A DNA stretch of 64,000 nt from an uncultured candidatus Porisulfidus sp. (GCA_965215125.1 OZ244052.1:1056001-1120000); one strand, 5' to 3'. Counted from the first letter of the stretch, positions 1-8,802 are shown. Translations and numbers: made by a program. The notes: generated by a model from the sequence alone, not told the origin.

Positions 1-530
1 CCACTGTGTTCTATTGCGATATTGCGGATCAGTTCCATCAGGGTGACGGTCTTGCCGACCCCGGCACCACCGAACAAGCCGATTTTGCCACCTTTGGCAA
101 TCGGCATAATCAGGTCTATGACCTTGATGCCGGTCTCTAGGATCTCCACACCCGGAGATTGCTCTACATAAGTCGGGGCGGTGCGGTGTATTGGCATCTT
201 TTTCTCCACATCGACCGGTCCCGCCTCGTCTATCGGGCGACCCAACACATCCATGATGCGACCGAGCGTCGGTTCGCCGACCGGCACCGACACCGGCGCA
301 CCGGTGTTGACGACATCGGAGCCTCGTTTGAGACCTTCCGATGAACCCAATGCAATCGTGCGAACCACGCCGTCGCCTAATTGCTGTTGTACTTCCAATG
401 TTAAATCGCTTTCACCTTCAACATTCAATGCATCGTATATTTGGGGTATGTGTTCACGCGGAAACTCCACATCGACCACAGCACCGACGATTTGTACGAT
501 TTGCCCAGAACTCATGTTTTCCTCCGACAT
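1..530 (-). CDS. atpD: Second (duplicated) copy of F1 ATP synthase beta subunit, 5' part; runs off the window edge, so intactness is unknown
   Basis: 1..530 aligns without gaps to 9689..10218 (offset 9688); same start [23 protein letters not shown]. Confidence 0.85.
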   Translation of the reverse strand, partial: MSEENMSSGQIVQIVGAVVDVEFPREHIPQIYDALNVEGESDLTLEVQQQLGDGVVRTIALGSSEGLKRGSDVVNTGAPVSVPVGEPTLGRIMDVLGRPIDEAGPVDVEKKMPIHRTAPTYVEQSPGVEILETGIKVIDLIMPIAKGGKIGLFGGAGVGKTVTLMELIRNIAIEHS

Positions 531-541
531 CTATCTATAGG

Positions 542-743
542 TTAAATTGCAGCAGCGCCTCCGACAATCTCGGAAAGCTCCTGTGTAATCGCTGCCTGAC
601 GCGCTTTGTTATAAGCGAGTTGCAGCTCGTCAATCAGTGAACCGGCGTTCTCCGATGCGCTCTTCATCGCAACCATGCGCGCCGCCATCTCGCAGGCGAC
701 ATTTTCCACGACCGCCTGATACACTTGTGATTCGATATAACGC
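542..743 (-). pseudogene. atpG: 3' fragment of a duplicated ATP synthase gamma gene
   Basis: Encodes [26 protein letters not shown]...GGAAAI, identical to the AtpG C-terminus; homology to 10230..10431 ends at the MITE starting ~745. Confidence 0.9.
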
Positions 744-744
744 C

Positions 745-849
745 GGCTGTTGAAAAATAGAATCGCAATGTAACCGAAATGTGTAGAGGCGGACCATTCC
801 CCTCCTTTGGAGGGGTGGCAGGCGTAGCCTGACGGGGTGGTCGCATCGT
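745..849. mobile_element. Outer, truncated copy of the REP-bearing MITE (continues at 2874..~2900)
   Basis: Starts GGCTGTTGAAAAA; contains TTCCCCTCC..GGAGGGGTGGCAGGCG.AGCCTGACGGGGTGG; resumes after the inner MITE as ATCTGCA..TTTATACATTCAT, as in the intact copy at 35069..35353. Confidence 0.7.
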
Positions 850-1027
850 GGGGCTGTTGAAAAAGTATTGGCACTGCATAAATCCAACCGCGTGCGCCGT
901 GAATTTATAATAACCACTGAGCCGTAGATAGTATGGATGACCAGCTTTGCTGAAAGTTGGTTAAACTTTCATTTTAGTTCCCCTCTTAAGAGGGGTTTAA
1001 TTCACCACTAAACAAATGAGGTCACCC

Positions 1028-2176
1028 ATGACTAGTATACTGTATGTTGGCATTGATGTTGATGATAAGAGTTTCACTGCCACAGCCATTTCTAAACACA
1101 ATAATCATCATTCCATTAAAACGCGTCCGGACTTTGCATCACTGCATAAGGCAATCACCAAAGTCGCTTTGCCGAATGAACGAATCAGGGTCTGTTATGA
1201 GGCGAGCTATTTAGGCTTTTCGTTAAAGCGACAATTTGATGCGGTGGGCATTCATTGTGATGTGATTGCGCCGTCGCTAATCCCGGTGCGTCCCTCGGAT
1301 CGTATCAAGACTGATCGTTTAGATAGCGTCAAGCTGACCGAATACTACCGGCAAGGTATGTTGAAAATCGTCCACGATATTGATACTGAGACCGAAAGTC
1401 ACCGACAACTCATTCGTGGACGTCAACAAGTGGTCAACACCTGCAAGATCTATAAACTGCAGATTTTGTCGTCGTGTCGTTATCGCGGGATTAGTTATCG
1501 TACCAGTATGCGGGCTAAGAGCTATTGGACGAAGCAACACATGGCATTCTTAAAGCGGTTGCTAGTCGACGAGAGTTTAGATAAGTATTTCCGCATTGAT
1601 TTAGAGAACAAGTTGTATCTATTGGAGACGCAACAAGGGGTTATCAGACGCTATGAGAACGATATACATCAGTTAGCGGTATCCGAGCCGTATCGTCGGG
1701 CGGTCGGCTATTTATGTTGTATCAGAGGCATTGCCGAGTTGATTGCCATGACGCTGATTGTTGAGATTGGCGACATCGGTCGGTTTGTCAAGGCGCGTCA
1801 TCTGGCCGGTTATGCCGGCTTGAGTATCAGTGAGTATAGTTCCGGTGGCAAGAGTCGCAAAGGGGGTATTACCGGGATGGGTAACAAATACATCCGCACG
1901 GTGTGCGTGGAAGCCTGCCAGTTGGCGGGTAGACGCTATAGCGTGAATAAGGCATTGCGTGCCCGACGCACCGACCAAGACCTAGTGGCTATAGAGATAG
2001 GCGACCGTTGCATGAAGCGTTTGTATAAGAAGTATCAGACGATGTATCATGCCAACAAACCATTCAACAAGATTAAGGTGGCGTGTGCCAGAGAGCTACT
2101 CGGTTTTGTGTGGGAAGCCTTGCGTGCTGCCCAGGCCGCTGAGAACGCATTGCACGCCGCACCGGTGGTTGAGTAA
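1028..2176 (+). CDS. IS110-family DEDD transposase/recombinase
   Basis: GIDV, CYEA and KTDRLD acidic motifs, C-terminal GL..EYSSG serine motif; start taken as MTSILYVGIDV by comparison with copy 2. Confidence 0.93.
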   Translation: MTSILYVGIDVDDKSFTATAISKHNNHHSIKTRPDFASLHKAITKVALPNERIRVCYEASYLGFSLKRQFDAVGIHCDVIAPSLIPVRPSDRIKTDRLDSVKLTEYYRQGMLKIVHDIDTETESHRQLIRGRQQVVNTCKIYKLQILSSCRYRGISYRTSMRAKSYWTKQHMAFLKRLLVDESLDKYFRIDLENKLYLLETQQGVIRRYENDIHQLAVSEPYRRAVGYLCCIRGIAELIAMTLIVEIGDIGRFVKARHLAGYAGLSISEYSSGGKSRKGGITGMGNKYIRTVCVEACQLAGRRYSVNKALRARRTDQDLVAIEIGDRCMKRLYKKYQTMYHANKPFNKIKVACARELLGFVWEALRAAQAAENALHAAPVVE

Positions 2177-2664
2177 GTTCGCTAAGCAAGAGGTTGCCAG
2201 ATAGAGTTTTGAGAGACCGAGGGAGTTGAAGCTAAAGTCAATGACAAGTTCCGAACTTAGATGCCGTCCTAGAGTATCTGCCCATAGAAAACTGCCAGGC
2301 GTGATGCGTGGCAGGGCAACTGACCGTAGATTAAGGGGCACAGTTCATCCAATTAACTTATCATGTGGTAATGCGAAAGCAAAGTACACGAATATGAGGT
2401 TGATAATACCGAACGACTCATTAGTTGAGTACTTTAGCGGCGCTGCGCTCGGTCTTTCTTCGGCACAGCATGATGCCGTTAACAAGGAGATAAAGCAGGT
2501 GCACGAAAGTCGCCACGACAAGTGGCGCATACACATACCTGATGCATGCTTTAAGAGTGGTGGCGCATTGCTATCGCTCGCTCCTTGTTGGCATCATCTG
2601 TGCCGTCATTTAACCCTTGAGTTCTGGTGACTCTTGGGAATGTAGACTTCGGTAAAAATTTAAT
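2177..2664 (+). ncRNA. Putative bridge RNA / seekRNA region of the IS110-family element
   Basis: Long conserved 3' region (nearly identical at ~62800-63290) with hairpins and short matches to target (TCTGCCC 2277-2283, CCGTAG 2324-2329) and donor (ATATGAG 2392-2398); boundaries are not determinable from sequence. Confidence 0.6.
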
Positions 2665-2670
2665 TTGACA
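2665..2670 (+). promoter_or_regulatory. -35 element of the IS circle-junction promoter
   Basis: TTGACA near the right end; circularisation places it 18 bp from GATAGT (copy 1) or GATAAT (copy 2) formed with the left end. Confidence 0.6.
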
Positions 2671-2921
2671 AGCTGGTCATCCATATGAGGGGCAGACCTG
2701 TGTGTCTGCCCTTAAGTGCCGTTCTGCACAGCCGTAACCGCTTGCGCCGTATGGTTTTGGTTTCCATAAATCGGGTGAATGAATGTATAAATCGTGCCAA
2801 CCAGCGCGTTACGGGCGGACATGCAAGTCCGCCCCTACCACTCTATGGAATACTTTTTCAACAGCCCCATCGTATCTGCACTATTTTATACATTCATCCA
2901 TTTGATCTATAGCACCCATAC

Positions 2922-3030
2922 ATGAAACGGTTTTCTATTAAAAACACCCGGTCTATTTCCTCCTGCTCGTATGCATCGAAGATCACCTTCATCGTGCCTA
3001 GTAATTGAGTGAACTGCGGGGAGTCGCCCA
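2922..3030 (-). pseudogene. atpG: Internal fragment of the duplicated atpG
   Basis: Aligns to 10564..10672 ([34 protein letters not shown]) with mostly synonymous changes. Confidence 0.85.
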
Positions 3031-3137
3031 TGCGATTACCGTAGGGGTTGCGGTCAGTTTAGCTAGCTATACCATTTTTTAGATTACTATTGTTATACTA
3101 CTACGATTATTTAATCCCAATATGTGGAGAGCTAAAA

Positions 3138-4673
3138 ATGATAAAGAAAATAACAATACTTAAAGTAATGGTAATTGCCATGATTTGGGGGGGATTTGTT
3201 GCTAAAACAGTATCAAGCAATCAAGAGATCACCCATGAGGATGGTGCAGATGTGGTGAGAGACTACCAGCAGGCGGCTGCACAAGGAGATGCAACGGCTC
3301 AATACAAACTTGGGGCGATGTATTACAAAGACGAGGGTGTGCCAATAGACTATGCAGAAGCAGCTAAGTGGTTTTTAAAAGCTGCCGAGCAAGGAAATGC
3401 AGATGCTCAATATAGCCTTGAGTGGATGTATGACAATGGCGAGGGTGGGTCAAAAGAAGATTACATGAAAGCATGGGAGTTGCTCTTTGAGTGGTTTGAA
3501 AAAGCAGCCGAGCAAGGAGATGTGTCTGCTCAATATGAACTTGGGTGGATGTATTACAACGGCGAAGGTGTACCAATAGACTATGCAGAAGCAGCTAAGT
3601 GGTTTTTAAAAGCTGCCGAGCAAGGAAATGCAGATGCTCAATATAACCTTGGAGTGATGTATTACAATGGCGAGGGTATATCAAAAAACTATGCAAGAGC
3701 AATTGAATGGTATGAAAAAGCTGCCGAGCAAGGAAATGCAGATGCTCAATATAACCTTGGAGTGATGTATTACAATGGCGAGGGTATATCAAAAAACTAT
3801 GCAAGAGCAATTGAATGGTATGAAAAAGCAGCCGAGCAAGGACTTGCAGAAGCTCAACACATGCTGGGGGTGATGTATTACAAGGGCGAGGGGGCATCAA
3901 AAGACTATACAAAAGCGTTTGAATGGATTGAAAAAGCAGCCGAGCAAGGACATGCAGATGCCCAATACGGCCTTGGCTGGATGTATTACAAAGACGAAGG
4001 GGTGTCAAACAATTATACAAAAGCGGCTGAATGGTTCGAAAAAGCAGCTGCACAAGGACATGCAGATGCTCAATATAACCTTGGAATGATGTATTACGAT
4101 GGCAAGGGTATGTCAAAAAACTATACAAAGACAATTAAATGGTATCAAAAAGCAGCCGAGCAAGGACATGCAGATGCCCAATATAACCTTGGGCTGATGT
4201 ATTATTTTGGTAGAGGAATACCAAAAGACTATACAAAGGCGGTTGAATGGTTTGAAAAGGCTGCGGCACAGGGAGATACAGATGCTCAGTCTTCGATCAT
4301 TGCCTTTCTTAAAATCAGACATTGGCCAGTCTCATTATCGCAAGCAATAGCTATTGTACTAGTTCAGATCTCATTTTTTGGTTTTATTATTGGACGCATA
4401 ATTAGGCACCTTAAAAATAATAAAGATGAACCTTACAGTCGCTCTGTCTCTTTTTTTATTGCTATGCCGGTTGGCTTTTTGTTTTGGATTTTAGTATTCA
4501 TGTTATTTAATGGGGCACATCCCGCTTATCTTTTTTCTACAGTTGGATTATGGTTTGCTTTAAGGGAAAAGATAATTCGGATTAAAACAAAATACTTGCT
4601 GCTGATATTATTTGTACCAACAATCTTATTTATGAAATGGTACATAGATTTCTTTTCCTTTTATCATTTGTAA
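3138..4673 (+). CDS. Sel1-repeat (SLR) protein with N-terminal signal/TM segment and C-terminal multi-TM region
   Basis: About nine 36-aa AQYNLG.MYY.GEG..K.Y.KA.EW..KAAEQG repeats; start MIKKITILK matches the paralog at 7464. Confidence 0.9.
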   Translation: MIKKITILKVMVIAMIWGGFVAKTVSSNQEITHEDGADVVRDYQQAAAQGDATAQYKLGAMYYKDEGVPIDYAEAAKWFLKAAEQGNADAQYSLEWMYDNGEGGSKEDYMKAWELLFEWFEKAAEQGDVSAQYELGWMYYNGEGVPIDYAEAAKWFLKAAEQGNADAQYNLGVMYYNGEGISKNYARAIEWYEKAAEQGNADAQYNLGVMYYNGEGISKNYARAIEWYEKAAEQGLAEAQHMLGVMYYKGEGASKDYTKAFEWIEKAAEQGHADAQYGLGWMYYKDEGVSNNYTKAAEWFEKAAAQGHADAQYNLGMMYYDGKGMSKNYTKTIKWYQKAAEQGHADAQYNLGLMYYFGRGIPKDYTKAVEWFEKAAAQGDTDAQSSIIAFLKIRHWPVSLSQAIAIVLVQISFFGFIIGRIIRHLKNNKDEPYSRSVSFFIAMPVGFLFWILVFMLFNGAHPAYLFSTVGLWFALREKIIRIKTKYLLLILFVPTILFMKWYIDFFSFYHL

Positions 4674-4726
4674 CATAAGAGATTGCAGCTTTTTATAGTT
4701 TTATATTATGGAATTTAGGATATAAG

Positions 4727-4833
4727 ATGATAGTTATACTTGGATCGTTGATAAAGGTTATAGTTGGTTTATTACTTGTGTACGTTTCTTTATATTTATT
4801 ATCAGATCAATCTTTACCAGCTTTCTTTACTTG
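4727..4833 (+). pseudogene. Small hydrophobic ORF interrupted by IS3
   Basis: MIVILGSLIKVIVGLLLVYVSLYLL... runs into the IS3 left end at 4834. Confidence 0.4.
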
Positions 4834-4920
4834 TGACGTTCTCCCTAAATTTATTACCGATGTTAAAGTCGGTTTTTCCGATAAACTAGAGAAGTTAAAA
4901 ACATTACAGGAGAACTTAAC

Positions 4921-5187
4921 ATGAAGAGAAAACGTTTTAGTGAAGAACAAATCATTAAGGCATTAAAGTCAAATCAAGCCGGCATGAAAGTAGTCGATAT
5001 CTGTCGTGATTTAGGCATCGCCGAACAGACATTTCATCGCTGGCGCAGCAAGTATAATGGCATGGAAGTGGCAGAAGCCAAACGCCTGCGAGAGCTTGAA
5101 GCCGATAATAGCAAGCTCAAGAAGCTATTGGCTGAATCGGTGATGCAGTGTGAAACACTCAAGGAGGTATTATCAAAAAAGTGGTAA
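4921..5187 (+). CDS. IS3 transposase OrfA
   Basis: MKRKRFSEEQII HTH; A6G slippery site at 5175-5181 for a -1 frameshift into OrfB. Confidence 0.92.
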   Translation: MKRKRFSEEQIIKALKSNQAGMKVVDICRDLGIAEQTFHRWRSKYNGMEVAEAKRLRELEADNSKLKKLLAESVMQCETLKEVLSKKW

Positions 5188-6005
5188 AGCCGGCGCAACG
5201 CAAGCAGATTGTCAAAGATCTAGTGAGCGCGGGTCGGCATAGTGAACGCACTGCGTGTGCCCTTGCCAGTATTAGTCGCACTGCATATCGCTATCAGGGC
5301 AACCAAGCCGATAAAGATCGTCAACTGGAAGTTGCGTTACTGGAGAAGGCAAAGCAGTATCCACATTATGGCTATAAGATGTTGCATGCGCTTTTGAAGA
5401 GCGAAGGCCGGGTCGTCAATGTGAAGCGTACCTATAGGCTTTATAAGAAGCTTGGGCTTGAATTGAGAACCAAGAAGTGCAAGAAGCTGTGTCGTCCGCG
5501 TGGCGTGCCGAAAACACCGGCAACGGTGAATGAGTGCTGGTCAATGGACTTTGTGCATGACCAGTTTAGCGATGGCAGATGCTTTCGGGTATTGAACATA
5601 GTAGATAACTTCAGCCGTGAATGTGTCGGGCAGATTGTTGATGTTTCGATTACCGGTCAACGCGTAGCAAATTATCTATCCGAATTGATAGAACGGCTCG
5701 GCGTAAAGCCGGCACGCATCGTCTGCGACAATGGCACCGAGTTTAGATGCAAGGCGATGTTCCACTGGAGCCGAGATCAGCAGGTGGAATTGGACTTTAT
5801 CCAACCCGGCAAACCGACCCAGAATGCCTTTGTAGAAAGTTTCAACGGCAAGTTCCGAGACGGTTGCCTGAACCAGTTCTGGTTTCGTTCAATAAAAGAG
5901 GCGAGAGAGATTATAGAAGCCTGGCGAATAGATTATAATGAAGTCCGTCCGTACAGCGCATTGGGTTATCAACCCCCGAGTGTATTTGCGGAGGCTATAG
6001 CATGA
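5181..6005 (+). CDS. IS3 transposase OrfB (rve DDE)
   Basis: WSMDF, DNGTEF, QNAFVESFNG motifs. Confidence 0.92.
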   Translation: MVKPAQRKQIVKDLVSAGRHSERTACALASISRTAYRYQGNQADKDRQLEVALLEKAKQYPHYGYKMLHALLKSEGRVVNVKRTYRLYKKLGLELRTKKCKKLCRPRGVPKTPATVNECWSMDFVHDQFSDGRCFRVLNIVDNFSRECVGQIVDVSITGQRVANYLSELIERLGVKPARIVCDNGTEFRCKAMFHWSRDQQVELDFIQPGKPTQNAFVESFNGKFRDGCLNQFWFRSIKEAREIIEAWRIDYNEVRPYSALGYQPPSVFAEAIA

Positions 6006-6107
6006 AAACTAACTTTGTAGATGGTAATAAAAATGGGGTAACGTCAGGAGTTATCTGGTTTCTAGCCTGTTTTTTCCTATGAAAACTTTGTCATTACTTT
6101 GACGTTA

Positions 6108-7401
6108 GGACTCGTTAAAAAATAAATTTCACAACTTTAATATTGTGTAATTCCATTCTCCGTGAAATGATGCTTTCTTTATTTTGATTTTTTCCATTTT
6201 TTCTTTAGAAACTTTAATTCCTTTTTCGTACTTTTTTTTGTCAATCCGAGATTGAACCTTTAAGCCGGCTTGCGTTGTCGTAGCAGCTATAAGATTAACA
6301 ACTGTTTGGTAATCTCTTAAGGGTTGCCCTCTCCAGTTTATGCTTATATAAGAGAACAAACGGTGTTCGATTTTGTTCCATTTGCTCGTTCCCGGAGGGT
6401 AGTGACACACTGTAATGGAAAGACCTTCTTGTTTTGCAAACTTATATAACTCCCATTTCCATAGGTGGGAACGATAGCTATTGCTACCGCTACTATCTGC
6501 ACACAACAACAATTTAGAAGTCTTGGGATATCTTTTTTTACCCATTTTTTTCCACCACTGGCGGATACTTTCTACAGAGAACTCTGCGGTATCGGCACTG
6601 ATACCCACATTGACCCAAGCTTCATTTTTGCCAACATCATAAACTCCATAGGGAACTGCTTTTGGAGACTCTGGATCAGGAAAGTCATGCACATTCACTC
6701 GCTCAGGATTTTTTTTCTTACTCCATTTTTCCCCCCCGTTCTTATAATTACCTATGAGTTCTTTCTTTTTTGTATCTATAGAAAGAACCGGAAACCCCCT
6801 TGCTAAAAACCATTTGGCTCTTTTATTGATAAACGAAAACTGCTCATTTCTATCAGGATGCTTTGCACCTTCTAAAGTCTTTTGATTGGCCTGAAGGCTA
6901 AACTCAAGCTCTTTTAATAAAGAAGCGACACTCGGATAACTTATCTCATATCCTCTAGCCCTTAACTCTTTCTCCAGAGAACGAACGCTTTTACAAGTCC
7001 AACGCAAAGGCGACTCAGGATCGCCTCGAACACAAGGTTCCATTAAACTTTCTATTTCATCTACAATCCCAGGAAACTTATCGATGATCTTTTTTCTTCC
7101 GCCGCCTTTTTTTCTAACCCTATTTGAAACATCTGTCTGTTTATCTTTAGCTTCATTTAAATCTTTCATTCCACGATAAATCGTTGGTCTAGAGACACCG
7201 ATTATTTTTGACAACTTTTCTATTCCACCATATCCTAAATTACAGGCTTCAGCAGCTATAAGTATTCTGCGTTGCTTTTCGTTTAAGTGTGGTAATACAG
7301 ACGATAACTTTATTTTAAGTTGACTATCTTTTTCCTTATCACTCATAAACTAAAGATAGCACAATTAGATCTAAATGTAAAGTTTATTTTTTAACAAATA
7401 C
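6108..7401 (-). mobile_element. ISAzo13-family insertion sequence
   Basis: Imperfect IRs with core GTTAAAAAATAAA at both ends; TTA direct repeat at 6105-6107 and 7402-7404. Confidence 0.85.
6129..7346 (-). CDS. ISAzo13-family transposase
   Basis: RGDPESPLRWTCKS, SIDTKKKELIG, HYPPGTSKWNKIEHRLFS motifs. Confidence 0.9.
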   Translation of the reverse strand: MSDKEKDSQLKIKLSSVLPHLNEKQRRILIAAEACNLGYGGIEKLSKIIGVSRPTIYRGMKDLNEAKDKQTDVSNRVRKKGGGRKKIIDKFPGIVDEIESLMEPCVRGDPESPLRWTCKSVRSLEKELRARGYEISYPSVASLLKELEFSLQANQKTLEGAKHPDRNEQFSFINKRAKWFLARGFPVLSIDTKKKELIGNYKNGGEKWSKKKNPERVNVHDFPDPESPKAVPYGVYDVGKNEAWVNVGISADTAEFSVESIRQWWKKMGKKRYPKTSKLLLCADSSGSNSYRSHLWKWELYKFAKQEGLSITVCHYPPGTSKWNKIEHRLFSYISINWRGQPLRDYQTVVNLIAATTTQAGLKVQSRIDKKKYEKGIKVSKEKMEKIKIKKASFHGEWNYTILKL

Positions 7402-7463
7402 TTACCCCTTTTTTAGATTATTACTGTTATGATTATTTAACCTAAATATGCGGGGAGTTAAAA

Positions 7464-8333
7464 ATGATAAAGAAAATAATGATACTTAAAATAGTCCTAA
7501 TTACCGTAATTTGGGGAGGGCTTGTTGTCAAAACAGTATCAAGCAATCAAGAAATTATCCATGAGGATGTTGGAAATGTGATGAGAGACTACCAGCAAGC
7601 GGCAGCACAAGGAGATGTAGCAGCTCAATATAATCTTGGGTGGGTGTATTACAGCGGCGAGGATGTACCAAAGGATTACACGAAAGCGTTTGAGTGGTTT
7701 GAAAAAGCAGCTACACAAGAATATGCTCTTGCTCAATACAACCTTGGGGTGATGTATTACAACGGTGAGGGGCTGCCAAAAGATTATATGAAAGCGTTTG
7801 AGTGGTTTGAAAAAGCGGCTACACAGGAATACGCTCCTGCTCAATACAACTTAGGAGTGATATATCACAATGGCGAGGATGTACTAAAAGATTACACAAA
7901 AGCGATTGAGTGGCTTGAGAAAGCAGCCAATCAGGGACTTGCAGAAGCTCAATACAACTTAGGGTTTATGCATTACAATGGCGAGGGTGTACCAAAAGAT
8001 TACACAAAAGCGATTGAGTGGTATCAAAAAGCAGCCAATCAGGGACTTGCAGAAGCTCAATACAACCTTGGGGGGATGTATGGCATCGGGCAAGGTGTAT
8101 CACAAAACGATGCAAAGGCACTTGAATGGTTTGAAAAAGCAGCTGCACAAGGAAATACAGATGCGCAAGATGCTCTTAACAAAACTAAACAGTCGACAGT
8201 CTTTTTTTCTGATATGTTAGACAAAGCATTTTTAGCAGCATTTTTGGGTGCGTTGGGAGGTGGGGTTATAGCTCTTTTCTTCATGTTTTATGATTTCCTT
8301 GTCTCTACAATTAAAAATAAAGTTAAGCGGTGA
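7464..8333 (+). CDS. Sel1-repeat protein with C-terminal TM helix (paralog of 3138..4673)
   Basis: Five SLR repeats; N-terminus and upstream leader shared with 3138..4673; the TGA stop is the first three bases of an IS3 end-like sequence. Confidence 0.9.
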   Translation: MIKKIMILKIVLITVIWGGLVVKTVSSNQEIIHEDVGNVMRDYQQAAAQGDVAAQYNLGWVYYSGEDVPKDYTKAFEWFEKAATQEYALAQYNLGVMYYNGEGLPKDYMKAFEWFEKAATQEYAPAQYNLGVIYHNGEDVLKDYTKAIEWLEKAANQGLAEAQYNLGFMHYNGEGVPKDYTKAIEWYQKAANQGLAEAQYNLGGMYGIGQGVSQNDAKALEWFEKAAAQGNTDAQDALNKTKQSTVFFSDMLDKAFLAAFLGALGGGVIALFFMFYDFLVSTIKNKVKR

Positions 8334-8374
8334 CGTTCCCCCATTTTTAGAACCACCCCGTCAGGCTGCGCCTG
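8331..8374 (+). repeat. IS3 IRR-like site followed by a REP-module remnant
   Basis: TGACGTTCCCCCATTTTTA (18/19 to the IS3 IRR), then ACCACCCCGTCAGGCTGCGCCTG. Confidence 0.7.
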
Positions 8375-8382
8375 TGTGTGGG

Positions 8383-8802
8383 TTAGCGGCCGCGTTTGCG
8401 CAGGCGTTCTATCATGCGAAGTTGGGCGGCAACTTCGGCAAGTTCGGTCATCGCTTTGGCAGTTTCTATATCGGTGAGTTGGCTTTGTAGCAGTTCTTCG
8501 GCACGTTGTTTGGCTTCCAGTGCTCTGGCTTCGTCCAGATCTTCGCCACGCAAGGCGGTATCGGTTAGCACGGTGACCATGTGCGGTTGTACTTCTATCA
8601 CGCCGCCGGAGACATAGAAGTGGCGGTCGTCTTGACCTTCCATGCGCACCCGCACTTCGCCGGGACGCAAGGTTGATAGAAAGGGTGCATGCTGCGGATA
8701 GATGCCGACTTCGCCCATTTCGGCTTCGGCAAAAACCGCATTCACCTCGCCGTTGAAGATCTCCTCTTCGGCACTAACAATATAAGTACGTATCGTGTTC
8801 AT
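8383..8802 (-). CDS. atpC: ATP synthase F1 epsilon
   Basis: GEVGIYPQHAP, VSGGVIEVQP motifs; operon position. Confidence 0.97.
   Translation of the reverse strand: MNTIRTYIVSAEEEIFNGEVNAVFAEAEMGEVGIYPQHAPFLSTLRPGEVRVRMEGQDDRHFYVSGGVIEVQPHMVTVLTDTALRGEDLDEARALEAKQRAEELLQSQLTDIETAKAMTELAEVAAQLRMIERLRKRGR

Larger units (their letters stand above)
928..2689 (+). mobile_element. IS110-family (IS1111-type) insertion sequence, copy 1
   Basis: Sub-terminal IRs TATGGATGACCAGCTT (932-947) / AAGCTGGTCATCCATA (2670-2685); AG core at both junctions (926-927, 2688-2689); ~500 bp 3' non-coding region. Confidence 0.9.
850..2868. mobile_element. MITE (~257 bp when empty) interrupted by IS110
   Basis: Perfect 20-bp TIRs GGGGCTGTTGAAAAAGTATT (850-869) / AATACTTTTTCAACAGCCCC (2849-2868); direct repeat ATCGT at 845-849 and 2869-2873; interior matches the reverse complement of 35069..35353. 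Confidence 0.85.
4834..6046 (+). mobile_element. IS3-family (IS407-like) insertion sequence
   Basis: TG...CA ends; IRL TGACGTTCTCCCTAAATTTATTACC, IRR (reverse complement) TGACGTTACCCCATTTTTATTACC; no flanking direct repeat seen. Confidence 0.9.

Noticed and set aside
542-874. 110-aa ORF as a novel AtpG fusion
   Set aside because: The N-terminal part is read through MITE sequence; only the last 66 aa are AtpG.
2226-2630. 134-aa ORF downstream of the IS110 transposase (also 62849..63253)
   Set aside because: No recognisable motifs, TTG start, and it overlaps a strongly structured region better explained as the element's non-coding RNA. Conservation reflects IS copy identity.
3250-4290. Regularly spaced ~108-bp repeats as a CRISPR array
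   Set aside because: They are in-frame Sel1 coding repeats with no unique spacers and no cas genes nearby.
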